64,000 bases of DNA from Chloroflexota bacterium (GCA_021323855.1 JAJPKE010000032.1:749-64748), one strand, 5' to 3'. Shown: positions 38,381-48,777, counted from the first letter of the stretch. Translations and numbers: made by a program. The notes: generated from the sequence alone by a model not told the origin.

Positions 38381-39544
38381 TCAGCTTCCTAGTATGCGGC
38401 GGGTAAATGAGGCTATAAACAGCCCCTCTAGCAGAAGGCCGAAAATCGCTTCGGTTGTGGCTGCCACGTCCATTGCGCTCCCCTGTAGATTCAATGTTCC
38501 AGATTGAAGCCCGCGCCCGTGAAAGGTGGTGACACTCAGTGCCAGGGCATCCAACACTTCTCGAAGGCTACTGGGGAAGTATAGCCCGTGGTGAGCTAAT
38601 CCATAATAGAGAAGGGCGAACCCAAGAACCAAAACGAGGTAGGTGATAAAGAGCCTCCACAAATGGTAGACACCATAACCAGCGATTGCTGACAACATAA
38701 ATGAGACCAGCCAATGCGCGACAAGGGATGGAACCTTATACGTTTCTTTGCTAAAGAGCAACGAACGCGCTTCGTAGATGTCTGCTTTGCGTTCCATGAC
38801 GGATGCGCGATATTGAAATCGAGTAGCTGGGGATGAAAGCCCCTGCGCCCGCAACTGAACCGATAGGAGACGATAAGCTCGTGCAGCGGCTCGATACTCT
38901 CGAGATCGTATGTTCGGGCGCTTGGGTTCACGCCTGTGAACTGCTTCAGCGGTCTTTTTATATTCGGTGGTCTCCTGCCAGCGCCGAGAGGCCCGGCGCT
39001 CATCGCCAAGCACCCGGACATCTGCCCATGTGATCCCCGTCAAGTTTGCAGTATCAAAGGCCACTTGGTCTACTGAGGCTCCTGCCAACTGCACATTATT
39101 GAGCCGAGAAGCGCGATCAAATGTGGCCTGTACCAGCACTGCATCAGTCAAATTAGCGCTATCCAGGTCTGCGCCTTCCAAATGTACCCCAACTAAAAAG
39201 GCTCCATGCAACTGAGCTGAGGTAAGCAACGCACCCTCTAAATGTAACTGCTGCAAGGTGAGATTGTCCCACGTTTTTGGATTTCTCAACTGAGCTTCAG
39301 CTTGTGCCTGAGAGAGACTAGAAGCTTCCAGACAAAGTGTTGCACCAGCTAGCCAGAACACATCGGCGCCAGTCAATCTCATGCCGTCGAATGGTCCACG
39401 CCTGTCTCCACGACCGGTTTTGTTTTTCCAGTGCTGTAAGTGTCCTGAGAGGACACCAGCTCGTGCAGCCGTGACAGGATCACCCCAGGCATCTTTCGGC
39501 GCCTGGGTCGGTCCACCTTTTGCTTGCACTGAATCACCCATCAA
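38381..39544 (-). CDS. Pentapeptide-repeat protein with a C-terminal two-TM ion-channel-like domain
   Basis: LHLEGALLTSAQLHGAFLVGVHLEGADLDSANL repeats; TM, then pore-helix-like DALALSVTTFHGRG, then TM EAIFGLLLEGLFIASFTRR. Confidence 0.75.
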   Translation of the reverse strand: MMGDSVQAKGGPTQAPKDAWGDPVTAARAGVLSGHLQHWKNKTGRGDRRGPFDGMRLTGADVFWLAGATLCLEASSLSQAQAEAQLRNPKTWDNLTLQQLHLEGALLTSAQLHGAFLVGVHLEGADLDSANLTDAVLVQATFDRASRLNNVQLAGASVDQVAFDTANLTGITWADVRVLGDERRASRRWQETTEYKKTAEAVHRREPKRPNIRSREYRAAARAYRLLSVQLRAQGLSSPATRFQYRASVMERKADIYEARSLLFSKETYKVPSLVAHWLVSFMLSAIAGYGVYHLWRLFITYLVLVLGFALLYYGLAHHGLYFPSSLREVLDALALSVTTFHGRGLQSGTLNLQGSAMDVAATTEAIFGLLLEGLFIASFTRRILGS

Positions 39545-39560
39545 CTGCTCTCAATTGGAA

Positions 39561-40211
39561 TCAAGAGTTCGATCCATTAGCACCCTTGTTCGAGATGAAC
39601 TCTCCTAGAAGGCTCTCGTACCTACTCCATACGTTCCGCACATCCTGCGAGCGGACGTCTCTGACCATCTCCAAGAATATCTCCAGGTGTTTCAACGGTT
39701 CCGCTCCCTGCTGCTTCGTGCGAAATGACTCTAGCTCATGATCCAGTTGAGGATACTCTTGAACAGATATCAGCAGTCTTTCTTCAGGAGTAACGCCCCG
39801 CCCGTTTTGAACGGCTTCTTGCAAATCACCACATGCCTGGCGTATTGCCGGTAAATTCTCCTCTAAATAGACGAGCAGCCGCTGAATGCGCCGCTGCAAA
39901 AGTTGCGTAATTCTTGCCTCTAGTAGCTGAATATGAGCAAGGATTTGCGCCTCATTGCGGGTCACTGCCCCCGCCTCCTGGATTTCAGTAATTTTTGCCT
40001 CTTCGTCCAGCACCGCTTGATTATGCACACCAATATTTTCCCAGGCTTCTCCTGTTCGACCAAGAGCATTAGCGGTTTTTACATGCTCATCCGCAACTTG
40101 ACTATCGGCAGTGAGGAGTGCCCGCCATGCTGCTACTTCACGTTCCAGGCGCCGCGCCTCGTCGTTTTCAGATTCTCGTAATGACACTTCATTCCTCCTC
40201 GCATAGAGCAT
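39561..40211 (-). CDS. Hypothetical coiled-coil/helical protein
   Basis: Lower-GC ORF; likely start GTG 40187 after GAGGAGG. Confidence 0.7.
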   Translation of the reverse strand: MLYARRNEVSLRESENDEARRLEREVAAWRALLTADSQVADEHVKTANALGRTGEAWENIGVHNQAVLDEEAKITEIQEAGAVTRNEAQILAHIQLLEARITQLLQRRIQRLLVYLEENLPAIRQACGDLQEAVQNGRGVTPEERLLISVQEYPQLDHELESFRTKQQGAEPLKHLEIFLEMVRDVRSQDVRNVWSRYESLLGEFISNKGANGSNS

Positions 40212-40323
40212 ATGCAGTACAAGGCTTCAACAAACACAACCTATTTCTACACACGATCCCTCGGATGCTGAGGGTTGATACTCATTTAGTAGTATTCATC
40301 TTCAGGTGGCAGACGATACCTAC

Positions 40324-40926
40324 TTATGAGATAAATGGACGCACTACCGGAAATACCTCTACCCAAATGTCATTAATTTCAGGAAGTTGTGGGGCAAGCT
40401 GTGCTACCGCCTGCACAAACTGGCTTATAGACCGGACATCCAATCCATTGGCAAGTTGGTTATACAACTTCAGTAGCGTTGCACGCTTCTCGACCGCGAT
40501 GCTAGTTGAGGTAGCGATAACAGCCGCCAGTTGATCGCACGCTTTGCTTATCGCAGCGGCTTCTGAAAGTAATAGCGTTTGCCGCAGGGTGCCCGGCCTT
40601 TCAAGTACAGCCACCTCTTTATCAGTGAGCTGTTGTACATGATGCAATGCCGTTGAGGTAAATTTCAGTGATTCCTGGGCCAGTTCTAGAAAGCCCTGGG
40701 AATCAAGCCGATCTCGTACTCGTAGAAGCCATTTTGGCTCGATATCTTCTTGAGTAGCCGTCAATTTGGCCAATTGTTCCTCTAAGCTAGCCAGATGGTG
40801 CGTCAATTGCGATAAGAACTGCCATAATTCCGCTTCGCGCTGTAACTGATAAGCGGCATCATCAGGTAAAAGTGCAGAAGAATTTTCAAGATGGTAAGTG
40901 CTGGCGGCTGATTCTGTTTTATCCAT
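40324..40926 (-). CDS. Hypothetical all-helical protein
   Basis: 200-aa lower-GC ORF with a GAGG RBS. Confidence 0.7.
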   Translation of the reverse strand: MDKTESAASTYHLENSSALLPDDAAYQLQREAELWQFLSQLTHHLASLEEQLAKLTATQEDIEPKWLLRVRDRLDSQGFLELAQESLKFTSTALHHVQQLTDKEVAVLERPGTLRQTLLLSEAAAISKACDQLAAVIATSTSIAVEKRATLLKLYNQLANGLDVRSISQFVQAVAQLAPQLPEINDIWVEVFPVVRPFIS

Positions 40927-41324
40927 GCGCCTACCCTCATCACTATTTTCATTCTCTTCGTATGAAGATACAAGGCGGGAACTGATCTATTGGAACATGC
41001 GATCCAGTGACGTTGTTGCTGGCCCGCACTACGAGACGTGCATGAAGTAGAAATGGTCTGGTTGAAGATTTGGTTTCAATATAGTCAAGTATAACACAGG
41101 ATATCGTCGAATGAAAGATACCGGATAACTTTCTTCTGGGTTATACTAAGAGTCTCACTAGAGAAGGCATCTCGTTGAATACAATCGAAGATAGGGGCGT
41201 ATTTGTGACGCCTGTGTTCTTTCGGATACAGCAAAATGTCCGCTCGCCCGCCCAGAGCTCACGCAGACGGGTTTCGCTAGCCGCGCCCCCAGTTGCGGAT
41301 TCAGAAACACTTGCTTTCCACCAA

Positions 41325-43262
41325 CTATTCGCCGGACATCTGCTCGTTGCCGTCGTCCAGCGGCAGGCCGACGATCTCCATTAGTTTGAGCGCATTGGTG
41401 GAGGTGGCGATACCGGGGCGCAACTTGTAATCGAAGGTCATCTCCGGGCGACCATCCGCGCCGCGCTCGAAATGTTCAGTAAAATGCACCCGCGTGCTAA
41501 GCCGCGCAAACTCTGGCGTATCGGCCAGCGTCAGGTCATGTGTCGAGACCGCGCCTGTTGCGCCCGCCGCCAGCAAATAGCGGATGATGCGGCGCGCAGC
41601 GACCTGGCGCTCGCTCGTGTTTGTGCCGTGCAAAATCTCATCCAGCAGAAAGAGCAGCGTGCGGTCGCCATCAGCCCGTGCCTCATCGGCCATATCCACC
41701 ACCAGCTTCAGCCGCCGTAACTCCGCCAGATAATACGAGACGCCCTGCTCCAGCGAATCCTGCACACGGATGCTCGTCGCCAGCACCAACGGCGCCATCC
41801 GCAACTTTCGCGCGCAGACCGGCGCGCCCGCCTGCGCCAGCACAATATTAACGCCGATGGCCCGCAGCAGCGTACTCTTGCCAGACATATTCGAGCCAGT
41901 GACGAGCAGGAACGTCCCCGCCGGGCCAATGCTGACATCATTGCCGATGCTCACTGCATCCGGCAGCAGCGGATGCCCCAGGTCGCTCGCCGTGAAGACT
42001 GGCTCATCATTCTTGGCAACACGCTCAGTCACCTCCGGGAAGGCCCAATCGGGATGGTCATAGGTGAGCGTCGCCAGCGCGGTGTAGGCTTCCAGAGTGC
42101 CCAGCGCCGTCAGCCAGGCGCGGGCGCGATGTCCGGCGTCGCGCTGCCAGCGTTCCAGCAGCCAGAGCGTATGGAAGTTCCAGAGCAGCACCGCCTGAAT
42201 CACCGGGAAGATCATAGACATGCGCATATCACCGAATTGCATGATGCGCGCGAGCCGTTTCATCTGCTGATCGGCGCGCACTCCTTCTGCGGTCAGTTCA
42301 TCCACCAACGCGCGCAGGGCCGGCGCGGTGAAATGCTGCTGTGTGACCAGCGCAAAGAGGTCGCCATAGGGCTGAAAGACACGCTGGCGGTCGGCCACTT
42401 CGTCCAGGATGCGCTCGACCTCTTTGCCCTGCTGTTGGGTCAGCAGGATATTGGCAAGCAGCGGAATCAGCCAGAAGGGATAGAGCGTCACCTGCGTCAA
42501 TTCGAGGATGAGCAGGCTGACGGTGAGCAACGGTAGGATACGGCTGAGCCAGATCAACGCCGGGCGACCAGAGAGCCAGGGCGCGCTCTCTGCCCAGCCC
42601 AGGAACATCTCATAGACGCTCTGCGCGTCGCCCATCAGACGCCCGCTCAGCTCGAATTCGTCGCGGAAATCTATCATTGGCGCCAGTTCGGCGGCCACGC
42701 GCTGCCGCTCGCGTATCTCAGCAGGCGCAGCGGGATAGAGCAGCCAGCGTTGCAGTGTCGCCAGTCCGCCGCCGGTGGTTGGCGTGCTGAGCAGGTGTTG
42801 CAGCGAAGCGTGGCCGAGCAGGTCGAGATCGTTGGCATAGGGATGGTCCGGCGTGCCTTCTTTGGGCTGGCGCAGCGGCAGCGTGGACCAGTCGCGGCGC
42901 AGGCGGCGCAGCCCTTCATCGTTGATCTTCCAGAGTTCGTTGTAGCGTTTGACCAGCAGGTTGATCTTGCCGAGCCGCAGGAACGACCAGACGAACGCGA
43001 CTGCCAGCGCCAGTGCGACGATAAAGAACGGCCAGCTTGCGCCGAACGCTGCGATGAAGACGCAGAACAACGCGGCGAAGAATAGCACGACATTACGAAA
43101 GCCAGTTGCCTGGCTCACCCTGGTATAGTGGTCACGCTGCGCCGCGAACCGCTGGCAACGCTCCTGATAGACGGCATAGACAGCCTCTGGCGACGATGCT
43201 GTCTCGCTTATCGGCGGCTTTTCCGCCAGCACCCTATGCTCAGACTGTTCCGAAGTCTGCAT
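41325..43262 (-). CDS. Membrane-anchored MutS-related ATPase (MutS domain V type)
   Basis: TGSNMSGKST, SYYLAELRRL, LLDEILHGTN, STHD; N-terminal and central TM segments; no mismatch-binding domain I. Confidence 0.85.
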   Translation of the reverse strand: MQTSEQSEHRVLAEKPPISETASSPEAVYAVYQERCQRFAAQRDHYTRVSQATGFRNVVLFFAALFCVFIAAFGASWPFFIVALALAVAFVWSFLRLGKINLLVKRYNELWKINDEGLRRLRRDWSTLPLRQPKEGTPDHPYANDLDLLGHASLQHLLSTPTTGGGLATLQRWLLYPAAPAEIRERQRVAAELAPMIDFRDEFELSGRLMGDAQSVYEMFLGWAESAPWLSGRPALIWLSRILPLLTVSLLILELTQVTLYPFWLIPLLANILLTQQQGKEVERILDEVADRQRVFQPYGDLFALVTQQHFTAPALRALVDELTAEGVRADQQMKRLARIMQFGDMRMSMIFPVIQAVLLWNFHTLWLLERWQRDAGHRARAWLTALGTLEAYTALATLTYDHPDWAFPEVTERVAKNDEPVFTASDLGHPLLPDAVSIGNDVSIGPAGTFLLVTGSNMSGKSTLLRAIGVNIVLAQAGAPVCARKLRMAPLVLATSIRVQDSLEQGVSYYLAELRRLKLVVDMADEARADGDRTLLFLLDEILHGTNTSERQVAARRIIRYLLAAGATGAVSTHDLTLADTPEFARLSTRVHFTEHFERGADGRPEMTFDYKLRPGIATSTNALKLMEIVGLPLDDGNEQMSGE

Positions 43263-43440
43263 ACCTGCTCACCTGCTCCTGACCAGTATTCCGCCACCAT
43301 GCCAAACATCCCCATCATCCTTCAAGTGTAGCATGCGCAGGCGGGCGAGCATTGGAGCGATAGGATACTCAGCAAATAAAAGGAGAACGGCGATGTTGCC
43401 GCTCTCCTCAAGTTGAGCCGTAGGTTGTCTAGTCTAGGGT

Positions 43441-44658
43441 CTACGCGAAGGCGTTCAGCCCGGTGATAGCCTGGCCGATGATGAGTGTATGGATGTCGTC
43501 GGTCCCCTCGTAGGTGAAGACCGACTCCAGGTTGTTCATGTGGCGGCTGATCGGATACTCCAGTGTGATGCCGTTGGCGCCCAGGATGCTGCGCGCCTCG
43601 CGGGCGGTGTTCAGCGCCTGCCGGCAGTTGTTGCGCTTCGCTACGGACACCTGCACCGGATGCGCCAGCCCCTGATCTTTCAGGCGGCCAAGTTGCAGCG
43701 CCAGCAATTGCGCCTTGATGAGTTCCGTCGCAATATCGGCCAGCTTGCGCTGTGTTAACTGAAAGCCGCCAATCGGACGGTCAAACTGCACGCGCGTCTT
43801 GGAATAGTCCAGCGCCGATTCGTAGCAGGCGCGCGCCGCACCGTTCACCCCCCAGGCGATGCCATAGCGCGCCTCATCCAGACAGGAGAGCGGGCCACGC
43901 AGACCACGCACGTTGGGCAGCATATTGGCGGCAGGAACACGGCAATCGGCGAAGTGTAGCTCTGAGGTGACGGAGGCGCGCAGCGAGAGCTTGTGATGCA
44001 CGTCGCTGGTGGTGAAGCCCGGCGTGCCACGCTCCACGATGAAGCCGCGAATCCCATCCTCGGCCTTCGCCCAGACCACAGCGATATCAGCGAAGCCGCC
44101 GTTGGTGATCCACATCTTGGTGCCGTTGAGAATGTAGGTATCGCCATCTTTGCGCGCGGTCGTCTGCATGCCGCTGGGATTGCTGCCGGCGTCTGGCTCT
44201 GTCAGCCCGAAGCAGCCGATGACCTCGCCAGCCGCCATCTTTGGCAGCCAGTGTTGCTTCTGCTCCTCGGAGCCATAGGCATAGATCGGGAACATTGCCA
44301 GCGATCCCTGCACCGAGACGAACGAGCGCAGACCGCTATCGCCAAACTCTAACTCCTGGCAGGCGAGTCCGTAGCAGACAGCGTTCAGACCGGCGCAGCC
44401 GTAGCCTTCCAGGTGCATTCCCAGCAGGCCAAGTTCCGCGATGGCGGGAATCAGTTCACGCGGGAACGTGCCTGCCTCGAAGTGTTCGCCGATGATCGGC
44501 AATACCTGCCCGGCAACGAACTTCTTGACGGTATCGCGCACCATCCGTTCGTCGTCGGTCAGCAGTGAATCAATGTTGTAGAGATCGGTGGCCGACGGCA
44601 TGGCAACGGCGCCGTGGGCCGCGTGGCGTGTGGCGCGCTCTGGCGCGGTATCAACCAT
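43441..44658 (-). CDS. Acyl-CoA dehydrogenase (glutaryl-CoA dehydrogenase-like)
   Basis: DSGLRSFVSVQGSL, FGLTEPDAGS, GTKMWITN, RHMNNLESVFTYEGT. Confidence 0.9.
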   Translation of the reverse strand: MVDTAPERATRHAAHGAVAMPSATDLYNIDSLLTDDERMVRDTVKKFVAGQVLPIIGEHFEAGTFPRELIPAIAELGLLGMHLEGYGCAGLNAVCYGLACQELEFGDSGLRSFVSVQGSLAMFPIYAYGSEEQKQHWLPKMAAGEVIGCFGLTEPDAGSNPSGMQTTARKDGDTYILNGTKMWITNGGFADIAVVWAKAEDGIRGFIVERGTPGFTTSDVHHKLSLRASVTSELHFADCRVPAANMLPNVRGLRGPLSCLDEARYGIAWGVNGAARACYESALDYSKTRVQFDRPIGGFQLTQRKLADIATELIKAQLLALQLGRLKDQGLAHPVQVSVAKRNNCRQALNTAREARSILGANGITLEYPISRHMNNLESVFTYEGTDDIHTLIIGQAITGLNAFA

Positions 44659-44900
44659 AGAATCGGACTTCCTCTCGCTGTCGTACGTCGTTGTACGCCG
44701 GCATGGGGCATGATGCGCAGCAAATGACTGATAGAAGGCATGCGCGCTTGCCACTCGTTGCGGCTCGACGGGATGTTGACATTCACAATATTCGCCGCGC
44801 TCAACTGGCGCACCAAGAGCGGTTGAGCGCAGGCGCTGCTGGTCTACACGATACCACCAAAGAGCGTGTTGCGGCTAGCGGCCCTCGAAGTGAGGTCTAT

Positions 44901-45692
44901 CTACGGATACGCCTGCCCCGTGGGCCGCACCACCATCTCGTTAACGGCGAAATGCGCCGGTTGTTCCAGCGCAAAGACGACCGCACGCGCAATATCGGTC
45001 GGCACCAGTGGCTCCGCGCCTTTCAGCATGTTGGGGACGATCTCCGGCGCGTACTGTGCCACTTGCTGAAACTCTGAGATGACGACGCCCGGCTCGATGG
45101 TCGTCACGCGCACACCTTTAGGGCCAACCTCCTGCCGCAGCGAATCGGCAATAGCGGTGGCGGCAAACTTGGTGCCACAGTAGGCTGCGCCTCCCGGCGT
45201 GGGCACGCGCCCTGCCACCGACGACATGACGATCACATGACCGGAGCCGCGTTCCAGCAGCGGCGCGACACCATGTTTCAGCGTTAGCAGCAGACCATAG
45301 ACGTTGGTGTCAATCATCTCTTTCCAGCGCTGTGTATCGCCCTCAACCACCGAGAGACGGTAGCCGAAGCCAGCGTTCGCCACAACGATATCGAGTTTGC
45401 CCCAGCGGTCCAGCGTCGCCTGCACTGCGCGTTGTACATCTTCCTCCTGGCGCACATCGCCAGTGATGACCAGTGTTTCGCCGGGATGCTCGCCCTCCGA
45501 ATGAACGGAGAGACGCTCCGCCAGCGCTTCGAGCCGTTCGGAGCGGCGGGCGAAGAGCGCCGCATGGACGCCGCGCCGCACCAGATGCTCGGCAATCGCC
45601 TCGCCGATGCCGCTGCTGGCGCCAGTGACGAGCGCCACCCGCTCATGGAGGTCCTGTAAGGGTTTAGGGGAAGTATCGTAGGCTGCGCTCAT
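44901..45692 (-). CDS. SDR family oxidoreductase
   Basis: TGASSGIG, NAG, YCGTK. Confidence 0.9.
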   Translation of the reverse strand: MSAAYDTSPKPLQDLHERVALVTGASSGIGEAIAEHLVRRGVHAALFARRSERLEALAERLSVHSEGEHPGETLVITGDVRQEEDVQRAVQATLDRWGKLDIVVANAGFGYRLSVVEGDTQRWKEMIDTNVYGLLLTLKHGVAPLLERGSGHVIVMSSVAGRVPTPGGAAYCGTKFAATAIADSLRQEVGPKGVRVTTIEPGVVISEFQQVAQYAPEIVPNMLKGAEPLVPTDIARAVVFALEQPAHFAVNEMVVRPTGQAYP

Positions 45693-45817
45693 GGTTTGTT
45701 CCTCATTTCCTCCGCCGATTCCTGGCACATCGGACCAGTGCCGGCGTATCCACAGGCCATCTACTACTACCGCCATCCACTATACCACCCAATCTGGTCG
45801 GAGCAATCGGATGACTA

Positions 45818-45846
45818 TTGACAATTTAGAAAATATGTTCTATCAT
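45818..45846 (+). promoter_or_regulatory. Sigma70 promoter with a LexA-type box in the spacer
   Basis: TTGACA (45818-23), 17 nt, TATCAT (45841-46); GAAAATATGTTC at 45829-45840. Confidence 0.65.
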
Positions 45847-46049
45847 TGGAACTGTGAGCGGCGAGGCAGCTTCTCCGGCTTCCGGTGGGTGGGGAACCAT
45901 GCGGATCGCACGGACTCGTCGCATTGGCCCTGGCGCTGTGCGCACCCTCGCGCACGGTTCGGTGTGGGCGCCCTCCACCTGCATCGGCCTGTGGTGCCGT
46001 GCCCTCTCGCGGGCCACAGGCGTAGCGGCAACAGACATCTTTCCGGGTT

Positions 46050-46712
46050 TTAGAAGCCACCACCGAGGATAAAGAGGCCAACGAAGAGCGCCGCCGGTAG
46101 GAAGATGACGCCGAACCAGGCGCGGCTGCCGGCGCAAATTACCTCACCGATGCTCAGGCCGATCATCGCCATGCCGATGACGACCACCAGCGGACCGTTG
46201 CCGGCAATCGGCGTTGAGGGGCCGAGCGGCCAGGAGCTGCGAGCGTACTGCGCAGCAAGGTAGATTGCATAACCATAGGCAGTGGCGAGCGCAAGCATCA
46301 CCACGGAGATCAGGAATGCCAGGCAGCCATAGCCACGCCGCTGCGTCGTTTCTCCCTGCTTGTCGCCCATCCGATGCACCACGTAGTGTTGCACGCGATG
46401 CAGACGATGCAAGGTATGCACGACATCGGCGGTTTTCGAGAGGCCACCTAGCACCGGGAAGATCGCCAGCAGATTCAGAATAACGCCAAGCGCATCATGG
46501 AGCTTCAAGTCCGCCGCCGCATCGCGTAGCGCCGTCACGCTTCCTATCACCGGCACATAGCCAAGTATCACCTGCGTTACCGCGCCGGGGATACCCAGCG
46601 TCGGCGCGAAGTCGCCCAGCACCGCGCCAAAATAGATGTCACGCGGCAACGAATAGTGATATGGTTTGCTCTGCGCTTGAACGGCGGTAGTAGACCGGTT
46701 GGACTGCTGCAT
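46050..46712 (-). CDS. Membrane protein with a pre-toxin TG-like N-terminal segment
   Basis: AAAGGAGG RBS; GAVLGDF...GYVPVIG..TALRD......D..GVILNLLAIFPVLG, then 3 TM. Confidence 0.65.
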   Translation of the reverse strand: MQQSNRSTTAVQAQSKPYHYSLPRDIYFGAVLGDFAPTLGIPGAVTQVILGYVPVIGSVTALRDAAADLKLHDALGVILNLLAIFPVLGGLSKTADVVHTLHRLHRVQHYVVHRMGDKQGETTQRRGYGCLAFLISVVMLALATAYGYAIYLAAQYARSSWPLGPSTPIAGNGPLVVVIGMAMIGLSIGEVICAGSRAWFGVIFLPAALFVGLFILGGGF

Positions 46713-46965
46713 GATACGCCTCCTTTGGTATGTATACGTCATACTACGAGCAAATTTGTTGCCGGTTGTATGGCAAGAGACACATGGGGGAACCAGCAGA
46801 CGCCGGGCAGGGTATGAGCATGATATGAGCAATCGTTAAGGCGACCGTAGCACACCCGTCACAATGTATGAGATGATGAGGATGAGATTGTAAGACTGTG
46901 ATCAAACTACACGACACGTTGCGACCGACCGCTACAGCAAGAAGAACGAGATAGGAGCGCCTTTC

Positions 46966-48774
46966 GTGACCACCGCAGCGTTGCCCCACTGGGATATGTC
47001 CGTCGTCTTCCCCAGCCTGGAATCGCCAGAGTTTGCTCGCGGGTTCCAGGAGGTTGTGAACAGCATCACCGCGTTGGGCGACCTCTTCGACGCCCATGTC
47101 ATCGGCCAGCAACCGCCGCAGCCGTTGGACGACGCGCAGGTCGCCACCTTCGAGGAGGTCATTGCCCGCTACAACGCCGTGCTGGACCAGGTGATGACGC
47201 TGGGCAGCTACATCAACGCCTTCGTCACCACCAACTCGCGCGATACCGTCGCCCAGGCGCGGCTGAGTGAGTTGCAACAGCACACGACGAAGTTGTACCA
47301 GCTTGGCACACGCTTCACCGCCTGGATCGGCTCGCTCGATGTCGAGGCGCTGATCGCGCGTTCGCCGGTGGCCGCCGACCACGCTTTCGCATTGCGCCAG
47401 TCGAAGATTCGCGCCGCGCACCTGATGAGTCCGGCGGAGGAGGCGCTGGCCGCCGAATTGAATGTGACAGGCGGCACGGCCTGGGCGCGGCTCCACGGCA
47501 ACGTCACCTCGCAGCTTGTCGTGCCCATCGAGGTGGACGGCACAACCAAAGAACTGCCGATGAGTGTCATCCGCGCAATGGCCTCAGACCCCGACCGTGA
47601 GACCCGCCGCCGTGCCTACGAGGCCGAACTGGCGGCGTGGAAGCGCGTGGGTGTGCCGCTGGCCGCCGCAATGAACAGCATCAAGGGCGAGGTGAACACG
47701 CTGGCGCGCCATCGCGGCTGGGAGTCGCCGCTCGATCTCGCGCTATTCGACGCCAGCATTGACCGCGCAACGCTGGACGCGATGATGACGGCGGCGCATG
47801 AGTCGTTTCCCGATTTCCGCCGCTATCTAAAGGCAAAGGCGCGCATGCTGGGTGTGCCGGCGCTGGCCTGGTATGACCTCTTCGCCCCCGTCAACGCGAG
47901 CAGCCGCCCCTGGCAATTCGAGGACGCCCGGCAATTCATTATTGAGCAGTTCGGCACCTATTCGCAGCGCATGAGCGACTTCGCGGCGCGCGCCTTCCGC
48001 GAGCAGTGGATAGATGCCGAGCCGCGCGACGGCAAACGCGACGGCGCGTACTGCATGCCGTTGCGCAATGACGAATCGCGCGTTTTCGCCAACTTCAAGC
48101 CGTCGTTCGATGGCACGAGTACGCTGGCGCACGAGCTTGGGCATGGCTATCACAATATGAATCTTGCCAACCGCACGATGCTTCAGCGTTCCACGCCGAT
48201 GACGCTGGCAGAGACGGCGAGTATCTTCTGCGAGACCATCATCCAGCAGGCCGCGCTCACACGCGCCGATGCGGCTGAACAACTGGAAATCCTCGAAGCG
48301 GCGCTTCAGGGCAGTTGCCAGGTGGTTGTGGATATCACCAGCCGCTTTCTCTTTGAGCAGCGCGTCTTTGAGGGGCGGCAGCAGCGTGAACTTTCAGTAG
48401 ACGAACTCAACGCGCTGATGCTCCAGGCGCAACGCGAAACCTACGGCGATGGACTCGACGAGCAGCTATTGCATCCCTATATGTGGGCGATGAAGCCGCA
48501 TTATTACAGCACCGGGCGCTCGTTCTATAACTTCCCGTACATGTTCGGGCTGCTCTTTGGGCTGGGCCTCTACGCGCGCTACCAGCAGGACGCCGAGCAG
48601 TTCAAGGCCAGCTATGACGACCTGCTCTCCTCCACCGGCCTGGCGGACGCCGCGACGCTGGCCGCACGCTTTGGCATTGACACACGCACGCCGGACTTCT
48701 GGCGCAGCAGTCTGGATGTCGTGCGCGGGCAGGTGGCGCAGTTCGAGGCGCTCAGCCAACAGGCAGGAGTATAG
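46966..48774 (+). CDS. M3 family oligoendopeptidase (PepF-like)
   Basis: GKRDGAYC, TLAHELGH, LAETASIFCE, FYNFPYMFG. Confidence 0.93.
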   Translation: MTTAALPHWDMSVVFPSLESPEFARGFQEVVNSITALGDLFDAHVIGQQPPQPLDDAQVATFEEVIARYNAVLDQVMTLGSYINAFVTTNSRDTVAQARLSELQQHTTKLYQLGTRFTAWIGSLDVEALIARSPVAADHAFALRQSKIRAAHLMSPAEEALAAELNVTGGTAWARLHGNVTSQLVVPIEVDGTTKELPMSVIRAMASDPDRETRRRAYEAELAAWKRVGVPLAAAMNSIKGEVNTLARHRGWESPLDLALFDASIDRATLDAMMTAAHESFPDFRRYLKAKARMLGVPALAWYDLFAPVNASSRPWQFEDARQFIIEQFGTYSQRMSDFAARAFREQWIDAEPRDGKRDGAYCMPLRNDESRVFANFKPSFDGTSTLAHELGHGYHNMNLANRTMLQRSTPMTLAETASIFCETIIQQAALTRADAAEQLEILEAALQGSCQVVVDITSRFLFEQRVFEGRQQRELSVDELNALMLQAQRETYGDGLDEQLLHPYMWAMKPHYYSTGRSFYNFPYMFGLLFGLGLYARYQQDAEQFKASYDDLLSSTGLADAATLAARFGIDTRTPDFWRSSLDVVRGQVAQFEALSQQAGV

Positions 48775-48777
48775 TTC

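Noticed and set aside
41088-41147. AGTATAAC...GTTATACT inverted repeat as a possible mobile-element end
   Set aside because: No matching repeat or target duplication found at the other side of the island and no transposase.
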